From the NCBI GenBank assembly GCA_002633005.1, contig NMRA01000203.1:413818-477817 (forward strand): a stretch of 64,000 nt of DNA. Direction: 5' to 3'. This document shows positions 27,401 to 39,850 of the stretch, in pieces. The notes under the pieces are model-generated. The model did no database searches and was not told the origin of the DNA. It saw nothing but the letters and a program-made list of their open reading frames with translations. The translations under genes and the position numbers were made by a program. Every line of letters starts with the position of its first letter. Position 1 is the first letter of the stretch. The stretch comes from Phoronis australis (Eukaryota; Animalia; Phoronida).

Positions 27401-30400
27401 TCTCGACGCTAAATGTACTTTGCATTCTCTTCACTCTATACACTTTGTCTCTGATCCGAACGGTATGGCGAACGACTTGGGTTCAACCCATGACGTTGTA
27501 CATAATTATTATTTTTTTCAATTTTTGCGTGTTTCTTTATGAGCTGCGCACTAAAGGCACTGAAATCAAGTAAGATATAATAATAAAATTTATTTTGAGG
27601 TACTAGAGTCATGTTGTGTACACTTTAAATGGTGGAATCACCAATGCAATTTTTTTAGTCTCTTTGAAATCCTCATTGTTGAATGCTGCAACACATAATG
27701 GAGCAAGCTGCATATATCAGACTTTTTCCAAATCCAATCGTATGATCAGTTCATGGTACATATATCTGGTGAACCTCACTGAAAAAACTGCCAACGGAAG
27801 CTCTTGCTGAAATTAAGGCTCATTCACACCAAGCTAGTTTTCATTATGTTTAAGTCTGTCCTAAAATTCAGAAATTGACTGGGGATGGGCAGAAATGGTT
27901 AGCCTTGATAAACGGAAAATGTCTCGAATGTGACGACATCCAGGAGGCTCTTACTCAAATTGTAACAAGTCTCTCCCAAGTTTATTCGGTCCTGACTCCG
28001 TCTTAGCTTGTTGTGTCAGATTCTTTCGATCACAATAAAAACTACCTTCAATAAATGATTTACCTATTGACCATCGTATCGGAAAGCAATGAAATGTTTA
28101 TTGCATCGCATCTTGTTTTTTGCAGAGGATTTCTCGGCTAAAGGGCCTTAAAATTTAATTTTGGACCTAATTTTTGTCATTGAACGTCATTGGTCGTGAA
28201 CCCAAAAGACATTAACTCCTATTACCAGAGGAAGATTTTGGCTTCGTGTGTTTGGGGAAGCCTTGATGTTCATAACTGTGCCATCACATACTATCAGTAT
28301 GTACACTGCTGTTATGTCCGGTTCACCGACATGGACGAGTAATTTGTCCACAATAGGGTCAACTAGGCTGTCCAGCCATTCCTTCTTTTTATCGGAGCCC
28401 AAGTGCTTAAGCTTTGTCGGCATTATCCCTGCGTCTGCCTTGTTTTCAATGCCAAAAAGTTCTACAGACATTTCAACTAAAAATGATGTGTAAATAAAGA
28501 TATATAAATTTCATTTCTGTTCCAATTTTAGTACCGAAAATCGTTGCGTTGGTGGGAAGAGGCAAAAAGGGACTTTGTATTTACTACGTCAGCCAACATT
28601 TGTCACTAATTTCAATATTCGAGTAAACATTACAGCGTTTTCCCGTTGATCCAAACTTGTTCGATCATATAGCCACACAACAAGTTGGGAAGAGCACCCC
28701 TGCAACCAATATCTTACTCGACTGATTAACTCCATTCCGGCATTTATGGTTGTAGGGCCACCACTCTTTCGTTCGATAATTGCTCTAATTTCCAATAAGA
28801 TTCATGTCTAGCCGACTGGGCTGTGCTGTTAAACATAAAAGTTAAGTAATAACATATTTGAACATAAACCAATACCATTTCGGAATTCCTCGTAAAATGC
28901 TGATCACGTTTAGTTTTTGAATCGCCGAAATCGCCTACGTACAACCGACGTTGCGACAATATATTCTTTCCTAACATAGGCCCTACTAATTCGCTTTGGG
29001 TTTAACTGTGTTCACACCTGGTCTGGTAGATAATTGGCCTGTCTGTTGTCACACCAGACAAAAGACTGTGTTTGGCAGTTAACAAAGGAGCTAGATGTTA
29101 TCACAAGCTCACGACCCTCTACTTCTGGTAAAGTCACTGAACGGGAGAACACCGTCATGGTGATTGTTTATTTAATGCCTCAAAAATTTCACTCAACAAA
29201 CTTTTGAATGTTCTTTGATGGTCAATAATTCGATTTACAACCGTGCGGTCGGGCATGAGCATTTGAAAGTGTGCTTAATGAAACATTTTGTGGAAAAGGC
29301 ATTATTTCCCACAACGTACTTTCGTACATTCGGTTGAACCTCTTTACAACGTACATTAGGGGACTAGGGTAGACTAACATACATTGACTAAAATGGGACT
29401 TACTAGTTTGAGCATTATATTTCTGTTAACGTAACGAGCTTTGACTACATGTGACGAAACATTAACATTAGAACATTCAGATGTTGTTGTTTATTAAATA
29501 CATACATTGCAACAGTAAAAACAAAATCCCTGTGACTCTCAAAGGCATTTGCTTTCACATCCCCTGAGACATTGGAGCCTCCAATCAGTGCCTTGAGTTG
29601 CGACAGCTGCTGACCTTGAAGTAATACTTCACTGTCTTCTGAAATTTGACAATAAGACAATATTTCACAAACAACAAGTGAAGAAACCGCTGTGCCGCCT
29701 GTTTACAACTTAAATGTACACTTGCTCAAACTCAACGAGGGTGCATTATAGAGACAGTGCTGTTGCGTCTTCCAGCAATTTTGCATACATTTTGTGAATC
29801 AACTTAAAAATTACAATTCAGTAAAATTGTATTTCATTAATCTGCTTAGAAGAAATTTGAATTTAATGAAGGAAATTTTTGTAATTGTTCAGAAAAAGAG
29901 AATTATTTCGGTAACCAATCAAAACCCCTGCAGTCTAAAGATGGGTTTTACGTTAATGAATCCCAAGCCATTATCTTACAACACTATACTTATAATCTGA
30001 AACAATGACTAAAAACAATACAAAACACTGTCGTTAACAATGATTTATTCAATTAAATAATAGAAGGTACAATATAAAATTATCTAACAATAAACTTGTG
30101 AATGAGATTATTTTAAGTTCTTCATCAAAGAGTGTACAGAATTGTTTATGTCATGATTCGTTATGATTGCAAGGGGGGTGTGACTTTCGCAACGACTTTT
30201 TCAAGAATTGGAGAGAATATTTTGGCATGCCTGCCACACTTACCATTCATTGTTCAAGTCAAACTAGCTAAAACCCTCAACCTCAAGAATCCAAAAATAA
30301 TAATCAGGAACCCAGACAGACCCAACATCATATATCACAAGATTGAAAGGCCGCCGTCAACGCAAACTGAAGACCACCTATAAGAGATTTTGAAGCCAAT

Positions 30401-30497
30401 TGTGCAAAACCTTATGTAAAAGAAGACATCTTTTCCGCTGACTATTTTCTATACTGACACAAAAGTGATAAGCTATGCATATGTATACTTGCACACA
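24465..30497. mobile_element. Rearranged AcademH-type DNA transposon remnant (RecQ-like helicase + Academ/DUF6589-like transposase)
   Basis: RecQ pieces: LKDEQ...RDVVAV (+, ~24490-24580), GFGKSLIYQLAP...ALVIPP (-, 27745-27629), VVVIDEGHIVLEW (-, ~26500-26445), GDFRNDFSRIGE and NPDRPNIIY (+, 30172-30340). Transposase pieces: DDLYHY...KSGD...SKYAVEC...ADMQQENNIK (+, 24605-25346), FGIENK...KEWLDSLVDPIVDK (-, 28187-28471), LSQLKALI...NV...VK..AFESHRDFV (-, 29500-29630). Confidence 0.75.
26667..27624. mobile_element. Internally deleted Kolobok DNA transposon (THAP N-terminus and convergent KolX-like ORF start)
   Basis: TTAA TSD at 26663-26666 and 27625-27628; TIRs acagtacacaccatg / catgttgtgtacact; inner inverted motif acgtcatgggttgaac / gttcaacccatgacgt; minus-strand THAP CVSGGCSN...PKD...KW..FV...LCSAHFEDSCF; plus-strand acidic ORF with YFEPY...RADVSEW. 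Confidence 0.8.
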
Positions 30498-33400
30498 AGT
30501 ATTTTGTAAATTTTCTGATGGCAAAGACGATAGCCAAACACTCCCTCTCAATGGTTGAGTAATTCCGTTGCCGAGGTAACAATTTCTTACTAGCACATGC
30601 TACTGGGAATCTGCCATCATCATACTCCTGCAACAAAATACAGCCTATACCTGTACATTGTATATGAACGATAAAGGGTTTACTGAAATCATTTAATCTC
30701 AGTACGGGTGCTCTTGTCAGCAGGTCTCGCAGCTTTTCTTCATCCATTGCCAGGTACCCTTTGCCGACCACATGTCCAACGAAATCGACGGAACGAGATC
30801 CAACAGAACACTTGGTGGGTCGAATCGTTAGTCCAGCCTCTCGCACTCGTTGGAATGTCATCCACATAATTTTCTGTAATATGTGCTACCGCCAATATCT
30901 TCCTCATCATGCAATTGAAGGTCACTGCCGAATTTACCAGACCAAATGGCATCTTTACAAACTTGTAGCAACCACTTGGTATTACAAACGAGGTCTTAGG
31001 CCGTGATTCTTCTGCGACTTGCCAGTATCCTTTACTTAGATCAATCTTCGTAAAATACTAGACTTTACTGATCTTAGCCATGATGTCATCGAACTTGGTG
31101 ATGGCATTCAAAACGACAAAAATCGATGCAGAATCGATTTGAACCGTCCTTCTTCTTCACTAAGACTACCGGAGTGTTGTAGAGAGCATCGGATGGTTCT
31201 ACGACACAACAGTCCGTGTGGCATATGGCAGGGGATATGGCTTGACTCTCACCGGCTCTTCACTGACGGTCTCAATCTTGTGCTCAACCAGATGGTTCAT
31301 ACCTGGTACCTCACTAAAGATGTCAGACTTATCACCTCGCTTTGTTGGATAGTAGTGAGCTCGTCTAATATCTTGACATCTTTGTATGTTTCTTTTTGGT
31401 TTGTCGATCCAAACTGAAATAGGTGTTCATCATCGACAACGTCAACTTCATTGTCCATTTCAGGCTGAAGTACAGCTATGGCTGTGATGTCAAAATTCTG
31501 ATCTACATCATCTTTACTTGCAGCCTCATTTCGGTCACGAGATATGTAGAGTTTCAACAGGTTGGCATGGTATGTCTTGGTCTTTCTACCAACCATTACT
31601 CGGTAGCCCATTTTGTTGAGTACCTCAGTCACTTCATAGGGACCCCGCACCTGCAGTAGCAGCTTGTTACTACCGGTTGGTAACAAAATGAGGCCTTGGT
31701 TTGGTCTCCAACTTTGAAGCGACATCTCGCGTCTTTTTGTCCTAATTGTGCTTGTATGCTTCACCAGCATTTCGTAAGTTTTCCCGCACCAGTTCACATG
31801 TCTCTTCCAAACGATGTCGCAAGTCGAGGACATACTCATAAGTATTCCGTACGTCTGGTGTTTCATTGCCCGTCCACCTGTGCTCACTTGTGGTACCTCT
31901 CGGTAGGCGATCAGTACTGCTGGTAAGTACCAGTCCCAGTCTTGTGGACGCTCTTGGCACATTTTCATAAGCATTTCCATTGCATTTCGAATTGTACGGA
32001 GTGGTGAACAGTTGCTTCATGGATTTCAGCCGAGCAACTTCTTTCAGTACTTCTGAGATAAACTGTGTCCCATAGTGACTAAGCACCTCGCGTGGAAAGC
32101 CAATTCTACAGAAGGTTTCAAAGAGTGATTCCGCGACTCGCTCAGCTTCTATTCTTGGTAGAGATACTGCCTCTGGGTATCTTGTGGCATAATCCACGAT
32201 GGTGAGAATGTACCGGTTGCCCCTGTCTGTGATTGGCGTCACAGGGCCAATCAAATCAACAGCGATACGCTTGAAAGGTTCTTCCATAAGTGGCATCTCA
32301 CCCAATGGCGCTTTAGAGATCCTACCCTTAGGATTTGTTCGTGACAGATGTCGCATGATCTGCAGAAACGATTTACGTCACTCCCAACACCTGGCCAATA
32401 AAAGTTACTGGCTATTCTATCAAAGTGCCCACCAACGACCGACTCGTGAGCTAGCGTCATAACCTGTTCTCGATAGTTGACAGGGACAACTATCTGACGC
32501 AATTCTTTGGTGTTATCAGCATACACTCGGTACAGGACCCCATTTGGCTTCTCATACCAGCATTGACCTCTACCACGTGTTTTTCTTGCTTTGTCTTTCT
32601 CAACAAATTCCATGAGCTTACGTAGGGAGGGATCATGTTGTTGCTCGCCCTTCAACTTGCTGAAGTCGAGACTTTCCACTCCGGATGGAGTTACCGCCAA
32701 AGGCTTGATGGGTTTTTCCCTCTCTTCTTAGCCTGTGCTCTAGTATTGACTGCGGACATGACACCGCCTTGTGGCTGCCAATTGGGATCAGGATCCTTGC
32801 TGACGCCAACAGCATTCCCTATGATGAAGTCGTAGATTGGTGTTCGCATACGCAATGCCTCGATTTCACCCACCAAGTATGGTGCGTCAACCTCAATTTC
32901 CGCTATGGGAACGATCGCGCTGTCCCATCTATTAACACACAGCTGTGTTGTTTCCCCGTCAGTTGACTTTCTTTGACTAGGGATGTCTTCACCGCTGCAC
33001 TACTACAACCAGTGTCACTCATCAAGCATACCCTTTGTTCCGTTGACGTAACTGTCACAAATGGGCATATTGTGATCAGCGATGTTCTTTGTTCTTGTCA
33101 CAGGCTCCTGTCTCTACGGGTATGATGTCCCACCGACTAACTTCCGACAGCCACCAACTATGCGCTGCTCTACAGGGCTACCCGTCGCTACCACAGCTTA
33201 ATTGACACATTCCTGCCTTTTCGGTGTCTTCTTTCTTAGTCAGTTCTTACTGCGAGGAGGACAACTGCTCACTTGCAGCGGACTTTCTGAACTGTGATTG
33301 TTTTATTCAACAGTCCCTGGTTAAATGACCCTTGCGATGACAATTGAAACACTCCATGTCACCCTTGTTTCTAGTCATCGACGAACGAGGAGTCTCCGTC

Positions 33401-34467
33401 CTTCGTTCCTCTGTGTTGCTTGACGGTTCCTGTCTTCTAGCTACCTGACTCAAGTCTTTCTTTGAGCACCCTATGCTCCAAAAATCAGTACAGTGGGCGT
33501 CCATGTACTGTTGAGCAATGGCCGACATCTCGTCGAAGGTCTTCGGTTTCCGTTCCCTCAGGAATACAGACATCTCAGTATGGCATACACCCAAAAACTG
33601 CTCTCGGATCAGCAAGTCTCTGAGCCCATCACAAGTCGCCTCGACTTCCGCCAGTGGTGTCCATCGGTCAAAGAACCTTTTCAGTCTTGCCCCGAATTGG
33701 AACACGTTTTCACGTTTTCAGGCTTGGACTCTCCGAACTTCCGTCGGAGCCCGCCTTCGGTTAGTTCATACCTGTACAGCAGCGCCACCTTTACTTGATC
33801 ATAGTTGTTAATTTGGTCGGACGGCATGTTATTTAGCCTGTACCTGTCAATAATGGACTCAAGTCCACAGCCCACTCCGATTTATCCCACTTTTGGCGAT
33901 CGTCTCAAATCGGGCTAGGACGACATCTATGTCATCGACGCGCTCGTGGAACCTTGGCAGTTTGGGACGACTGGTACGTACACCACTGCTTACAGCCCCA
34001 CCACTAGGTGTCGCTCAATCTGGAGTTGCAGTGTCTTCTGCTTCTCAATTTCAATCGCTTGGGCCCACTCGTCTCGTTCTTGCTGGAGCTTATGTTTATA
34101 CTCGGCTTGCCCTAACTCTCGTTCAAGCGCACGTTCCCGTGAAAGCTTTGCCTGTTCCGTGCAATCTCTGCCTTTTCCAGCTCTTGTTTATGGACACCCT
34201 CTGCCTGTTCCAGTTTCTGTTTATGGGCACGCTCTTCACGCTCCAAGGCCTGTCGCAAGAGCTCCTCTGCGCACTTCCTTAACTCTTCATAGATATAACC
34301 GAACTCCTTCGCTTGCGCAATATATTTTTTAAAATACATTTTAGAGGAAGGGTATTATTCCCAGAATGCTTTTTATTAATCAATATTCAAACGGTAATTA
34401 CTGGATTCAAATCAATTCAACACAATCACGTTAACCTTTATTTGAACTCTTCCGGACTGGCCCCAAA
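30497..34467 (-). mobile_element. Decayed Gmr1-type Ty3/Gypsy internal region (gag-PR-INT-RT-RNaseH), 3'-truncated
   Basis: SCAN-like gag (LRDLLIREQFL...FLRERKPKT) with CCHC knuckle CFNCHRKGHLTRDC (33307-33350); protease DTG (~33015); integrase HHCC (32251-32700) and core (31742-32356); RT MPFGLVNS/YVDDI (30740-31100); RNase H ASKKLLPRQRNYSTIERECLAIV (30500-30700). Confidence 0.92.
34450..34465 (-). promoter_or_regulatory. Primer-binding site (tRNA-Pro-like) of the Gypsy element
   Basis: Minus strand TGGGGCCAGTCCGGA two nt after the LTR end ...TCTGACA; resembles TGGGGGCTCGTCCGGGAT. Confidence 0.7.
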
Positions 34468-35350
34468 TGTCAGAGAATGACTGTGGGTTTGTTTAAAATG
34501 TAGCTATGCTTTGAGATTGTGCGTGGATGGAGACAGAATTAGTTAAATGCAGTAATTAATTTAGTATAAGATAACCACTAATTAAACAAGTGAAAGCTGT
34601 TGTTAATTAAGTAATAAACTACAAAGAAGAGTAACTGCTAGTGCCCCCGTTAAAGATTACTTGAAGTAATCAATCGAAATAATCAAATGTCTTATCTGCT
34701 ATCCAAGCTAGGACTCTCCACTTGTTGGATGACTTTCCTGTTGGTGAACTACACACACTGTATTACAGCAGCGCACTTGCTGGTCACAGTCTTTGGTGAC
34801 GCAACACTTGCAGACAGTTTCTTCTGTGCCCACGATTCTTCTTGCTACTCAAAGTCTCTGGTGACGTAACACTTCAGGCAGTATCTTACTATCCACGATG
34901 TAAGTGACAAGCTCTTAGTTAACTTCCTGTTCGTTAACCCTTGCCCTTGCAAAAATCCTCTCTAGAATCTTCCACGCGATGGCTCTGTCGTACAGTTTTC
35001 ACGGTACACTGTAGCAAGACTTTATGCTTCAACTACTGCAACTCATTTGAATATCTTCTTGAATTTAGCCCATATTATATTCTACTTATTTAGTGATTGG
35101 TTAATAAAAACCACATGATCATATCCAATCATATTAATCGCTGTTACAATTTGTTTTCAGAAATTTCCAGAATCTCTAGAGTGCTTCAACCCAGAACCAA
35201 AGTTCTAAACACCCTCTAAAAATAGAGTTTGACGTAAAGTACACGTCAGCAACTTTGGCCCCATGTTTAAAAGAACATATATGCACAAATTTGGGGCAAC
35301 TTAAAATGGATCTATTCTTACTAATTACTTAATCAATATTTATTCTGAAA
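34468..35350 (-). repeat. 5' LTR of the Gypsy element (~880 bp)
   Basis: Bounded by TGTCAGA at 34468 (next to the PBS) and a mutated inverted end TCTGAAA at ~35344-35350; no second LTR in the window. Confidence 0.6.
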
Positions 35351-35354
35351 AGAA

Positions 35355-36565
35355 GCTTGGACGAGGCCCGCTCACCTGCCGTTGGTCCGCGTCTGCGTTG
35401 CCTTCAACAGCTTGGACGAGGCCCGCATACCTGCCGTCGATCCGCCTACCTTCTGCAGCTTACGGGACTAGGGCAAGGGCTGCCTCCGGCAGCGTGCCCG
35501 TAACGCCTCCTCGGCTCTGCAGCTTACGGCCGCTAGGGCACTGGCTGCTTCTGGCAGCTCAACCCGTCCCTCCTATTCGGCTCTTTCAGCTTACGGTACT
35601 AGGGCACGCGATGCCTCCGGCAGCTAAGCCCGTCCCTACTACTTGGCTCCGCAGCTTAGGGAACTCAGGCACGCGCTGCCTCCGGCAGCTTGGCCCGTCC
35701 CGCCTACTCGACTCTGAAGCTTACGAGACTACGGCACGCGCTGCCTCCGGAAGCTCGGCCAGAACCGCTAACTCGGCTCTACAGCTCACGGGAATAGGGC
35801 ACGCGATGCCTCCGGCAGCTCGGCCCATCCCACCTACTCGGCTCTCAGTGTAGCTTATGGGACTAGGGCACGCACTGCCTCAGGCAGCTTGACCCGTCCC
35901 GCCTACTCGACTCTGAAGCTTACGAGACTACGGCACGCACTGCCTCCGGAAGCTCGGCCAGAACCACTAACTCGGCTCTACAGCTTACGGGAATAGGGCA
36001 CGCGATGCCTCCGGCAGCTCCGCCCATCCCACCTACTCGGCTCTCAGAGTAGCTTATGGGACTAGGACACGCACTGCCTCAGGCAGCTTGGCCCTTAACA
36101 CCTCCTTGGCTCTGTAGCGTACGGGACTACGGCACGTGCTGCTTCCGGCAGATTGGCCCGTCCCGCCTACTCTGCTCTGCAGCTTACGAGACTAGGGCTC
36201 GCGACGCATCCGGCAGCTTGGCCTGTCCTGCGCCTACTCTGTTCTGCAGCTTATGGGACTAGGGAACACGCTGCCTCTGGCAGCTTGGCCCGTCCTGCCT
36301 ACTCAGCTCTGCAGCTTACAAGACGAGGGCACGCGCTGACTCCGCAGCTTGGCCTGTCCTGCACCTACTCTGTTCTGCAGCTTATGGGACTAGGGAACAC
36401 GCTGCCTCCGGCAGCTTGGCCCGTCCAGCCTAATCGACTCTGCAGTTTACGGGACTAGGGCACGCGCTGCATCCAACAGCTCGGCCCTAACCGCCAACTC
36501 TGGCCCTGCAGCTTACGGGACTAGGACACGCGCTGCAGCTTGGCCCGTCCCGCCTACTCGGCTCC
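35355..36565. repeat. GC-rich ~66-bp minisatellite, about 18 copies
   Basis: Consensus gcagcttacgggactagggcacgcgctgcctccggcagcttggcccgtcccgcctactcggctct; accounts for the spurious ORFs at 35398-36458. Confidence 0.92.
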
Positions 36566-37384
36566 GGTTTCGCCAGTCTCCCAGCACGTGACATGTAAAG
36601 GCTATGTGTATAACAATGAACTGTGGACTATTTATATATAAGTAAGTCAAATAGGTCGCAAACAACAGTAAGAGTTAGCTGGGAACGGCACGTTTTAATG
36701 ATAATTAATTAATTACGCACTGCAAAATCAGTTGACATTGCGAGTAAATGTTGAAATAGTGAACATATTTAAGGCTTGTATACATGTAGGTTATGTGTAC
36801 CCAAAACAAGTTTTCATCGAATAATTAACCGAAGACTTTGAAATTTCCATTCGTCCCAGTCTAATCGGCTTTTTCTCAGCAAATCGACTTTATTTGAACT
36901 TATAGGAACACGAGTTCCCGAAAACGGCTCAGTGGATTTCGATGAAACTTTCCAAATTCAATATTTAGTCATCAGTCTCAGAATTTTCGATACAACGGCC
37001 TATTTTTGCGTAATGTAACAAAGACGAATACGACTTCCGTTTTTACGATGATACCTTAAGTTTTGCGAGTTGATTTGTCATACATGTAGAAACCAAACGA
37101 AAAGACTAATCGAAAATTCCTAACAGTGTTTTTGAGGTAGCTGGTGAAGTTTTCGTTTTAAAAAAAGTTTCATTAAAATCGACCGAGGGGTTATTTTGCT
37201 ATGGATGTACCTTTCCTAAAGACAAAATTTTGACTTAAAAAGGTTAGTTTACGTAAAAATAATAATGGTATATTAATACAAAAAGTATTTTAATATTCCC
37301 TAATCTTTTTTTCTTTTAGAAATATATCAGTTGAAAAAGTTTTTTGATATACGAGTTAGAATAGAGGACACTACATAAGGTTGG

Positions 37385-38770
37385 AGATAACCTTAAAAAT
37401 TCTTTTCAGTTTGTTAATGAAGTCCGTGCACTTAATGATGCACCATTTATGTGTAGTCTAGATGTTTGCAGCCTCTTCACTAATGTACCCGTGGATGAAG
37501 TCATTGAATTAAAACAAGCTGTATATTGATACTGACAAGGTCCGTAAATTGACTCGTAACCAATGTTACGTAAATTACTCACGATGGCAGTTAAACAGAA
37601 CCATGATCAGATTGAAGGAGTGGCAATGGGACCAGTGTTAGCTAATATTTTCATGTGCAATCTTGAGACTGAGGCTCTGGCTAGTTGTCCACTGGAATGT
37701 AAACCACAGTTTTATCGTAGGTATGTGGACAATACGTCTGTAGTTTTTTTCATCCAAGAACTCAGTCAACACCTTTTTCAAATGAACAATATGCATCCGT
37801 CCATCAACTTCACCAGTGAATCAGAGCACGATTCGTGTTTACCTTTTCTGGATGTCTTGGTTAAACGTGAGAATAGCATCATTGTTACATCGCTGTGTAT
37901 CGTAAGCTCCATCTTAAATTTGATAGTTTTGTGCCGATCCAATACAAGAGAGGTCTAGTCAATTGCTTGTTTCACCGTGCCTGGAGAATTTGTTCCACCA
38001 ATTTAAATTTTGATAATGACGTAGCTAGAATTTTCCAGTTATTTTGTGCCAATGGTTATCCCCTGAATTTTTTGAATAGCTGTAAAAGGCACTCCCTTTC
38101 AAAAGTGAATGATGCAGATAAGGTAGCTGTTATTGGACCCGAGAAAAAAAAGTTTTCTTTTCTGTTGCCTACACCGGGCCAAGTATAGTCTAAAATTGAA
38201 ACGTCAATTATCTCGCCTTATTCATTGCATAGACCCAGCCGTTGAACTGATAGTCGTTTTCAAACCTGGTCGGAAACTTTCCAATATGATGTATAAACTG
38301 AAGTCACCCATCTCTTTATTGAACAAGAGCAGTGTTGTTTATAAGGCTGAATGTGACAACTGTATGGAATTCTATATCGGACTCACGCAGAGACGCCCTC
38401 TGTGACAGGCTGAAAGAACATCACATCTCAGAGAAAAGCAACATAGGCATTGTGTTAGCAACAATCACCAAGCCAATTCAGTTAGTATTATCTGCAGAGA
38501 ACCTTACAATGAATTACTGTACATTAAAAAGTCATTTGGCCAGAACCAGCATGATACCGATTCTCTGACTAACATGCAGAGATCAGTGACCCTGCAACTA
38601 TGGTGATGACCAAAGTAGTTACTATTCCCTGTATCTCTTACTTCACTTTATGGATGTTACCTGAGCTGTATGTTGGCACTTTCTGTCCTTTGTAAATATT
38701 TATCCTGATGATGTCTAATGAATAAACGAAACGTTGATTGAACATGAACTTCTTTATTTGAGCGACGATC
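37385..38770 (+). mobile_element. Decayed Penelope-like element (RT + GIY-YIG), Naiad-like
   Basis: MCSLDVCSLFTNVPVDEVI, GVAMGPVLANIFM, CPLECKPQFYRRYVDN, LPFLDVLV, LFHRAWRICS, NGYP, VVYKAECDNCMEFYIGLT.R...RLKEH across frameshifts. Confidence 0.88.
38702..38738 (+). ncRNA. Minimal type I hammerhead ribozyme motif
   Basis: atc-CTGATGA-t-gtcta atgaa taaac-GAAACGTT-gat: core boxes, stem I atc/gat, stem II with one mismatch, palindromic AACGTT helix III; lies in the PLE 3' region. Confidence 0.7.
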
Positions 38771-39785
38771 GTTCATTTTTTTATCTTACTATGGCAAAAA
38801 ATTGTTTAAAAATTTTAAGTACGTACTCATTTTCCGTATTCGAAAGACATGCGGGCAATTTCGCATACGTATGAAATCCGGGCGTTGTTCAGCATACGTA
38901 AAGTCCACTCCACCTAGTGCATCTAATAACCGAGGTGGCGTTTATTTTTGCAGGTAAAAGTATGTCTGGTACACCCAAGTCCGAAACTTTATAGCTTTTC
39001 GGAGTTAGTGGACCTTCGGAATAGTGAACCTTCACAGTAGTGAGCCTTTGGGATAGTGGGTTGTTCCCATTTCCAGCGATGTAAGCAAGTCAAGTAACAC
39101 GCAAAATACAACCAGATCAAAATATTCTAGTCGATCATTCTCCGTCCGCGTTGGCACGGGGTAACGTGGGAACGTTCTCTTTCTTGACCACATTACATCC
39201 GAATTTGAGTCCCGTTCTTTGTGAGCAACCGTCAGGGCCATGGTCCTCATTTCTGGTATTACGAATTCAGTCTAATCTTGGGAACATAGACATAGGCCGC
39301 AAAAGAATAAAACAGTAAGAGCGTAGGGAAATGGTGAGTTTATTAATTAACTCCGGTAATTAAAATTAAACGGATGAAAAAAGATTTAAATGTGTACAGT
39401 TTTGGTGTGGGGGGGGGGGTCAAACCCAATTTCAAGTGTCCAGTTCGGAACACGGCGCATTCGCAACGGAACTATGGCTAAGTATAGGCTCTCCCGCGAT
39501 ATCCCAGGCGACCGGCAGTGGCGCTGCGCACTACGACTCCGTTTTCGTCGTCTGCTCCACTGTGCAATGAAGAGAATTTACTTCATTTTGTAAAGAGAAT
39601 GGAACCTGAGTGACGATGAAAAAACAGAAGCTGCTGGTAAGATGTGAACTTTAATCGAAGCCTTAGTGAATCACTCAGAAACAAAATATAAAACGTATAG
39701 CATTACGAAAAGAAGTAGGTTTCGCGCGCAAACGCTGTGGACCATAAACAAGTAGGTCTTTTAGTAGGGGAGTAGTAGTTAAAAT

Positions 39786-39850
39786 GTGGTGGTGTAGTGG
39801 TAACGCACGCGCCCTCGATGCGCCAGGTCGTGAGTTCGAGTCGTTGGAAC
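39786..39850 (+). repeat. tRNA-derived repeat head (Pol III A and B boxes)
   Basis: A-box-like TGGTGTAGTGG and B-box GAGTTCGAGTC followed by T-rich tracts; no complete cloverleaf. Confidence 0.55.

Noticed and set aside
35398-36458. ORFs of 68-151 aa over the GC-rich array
   Set aside because: By-products of a 66-bp tandem repeat; no splice or homology evidence.
39786-39850. Possible functional tRNA genes here and at 55736-55817
   Set aside because: A and B boxes are present but acceptor stems do not pair; treated as tRNA-derived repeats.
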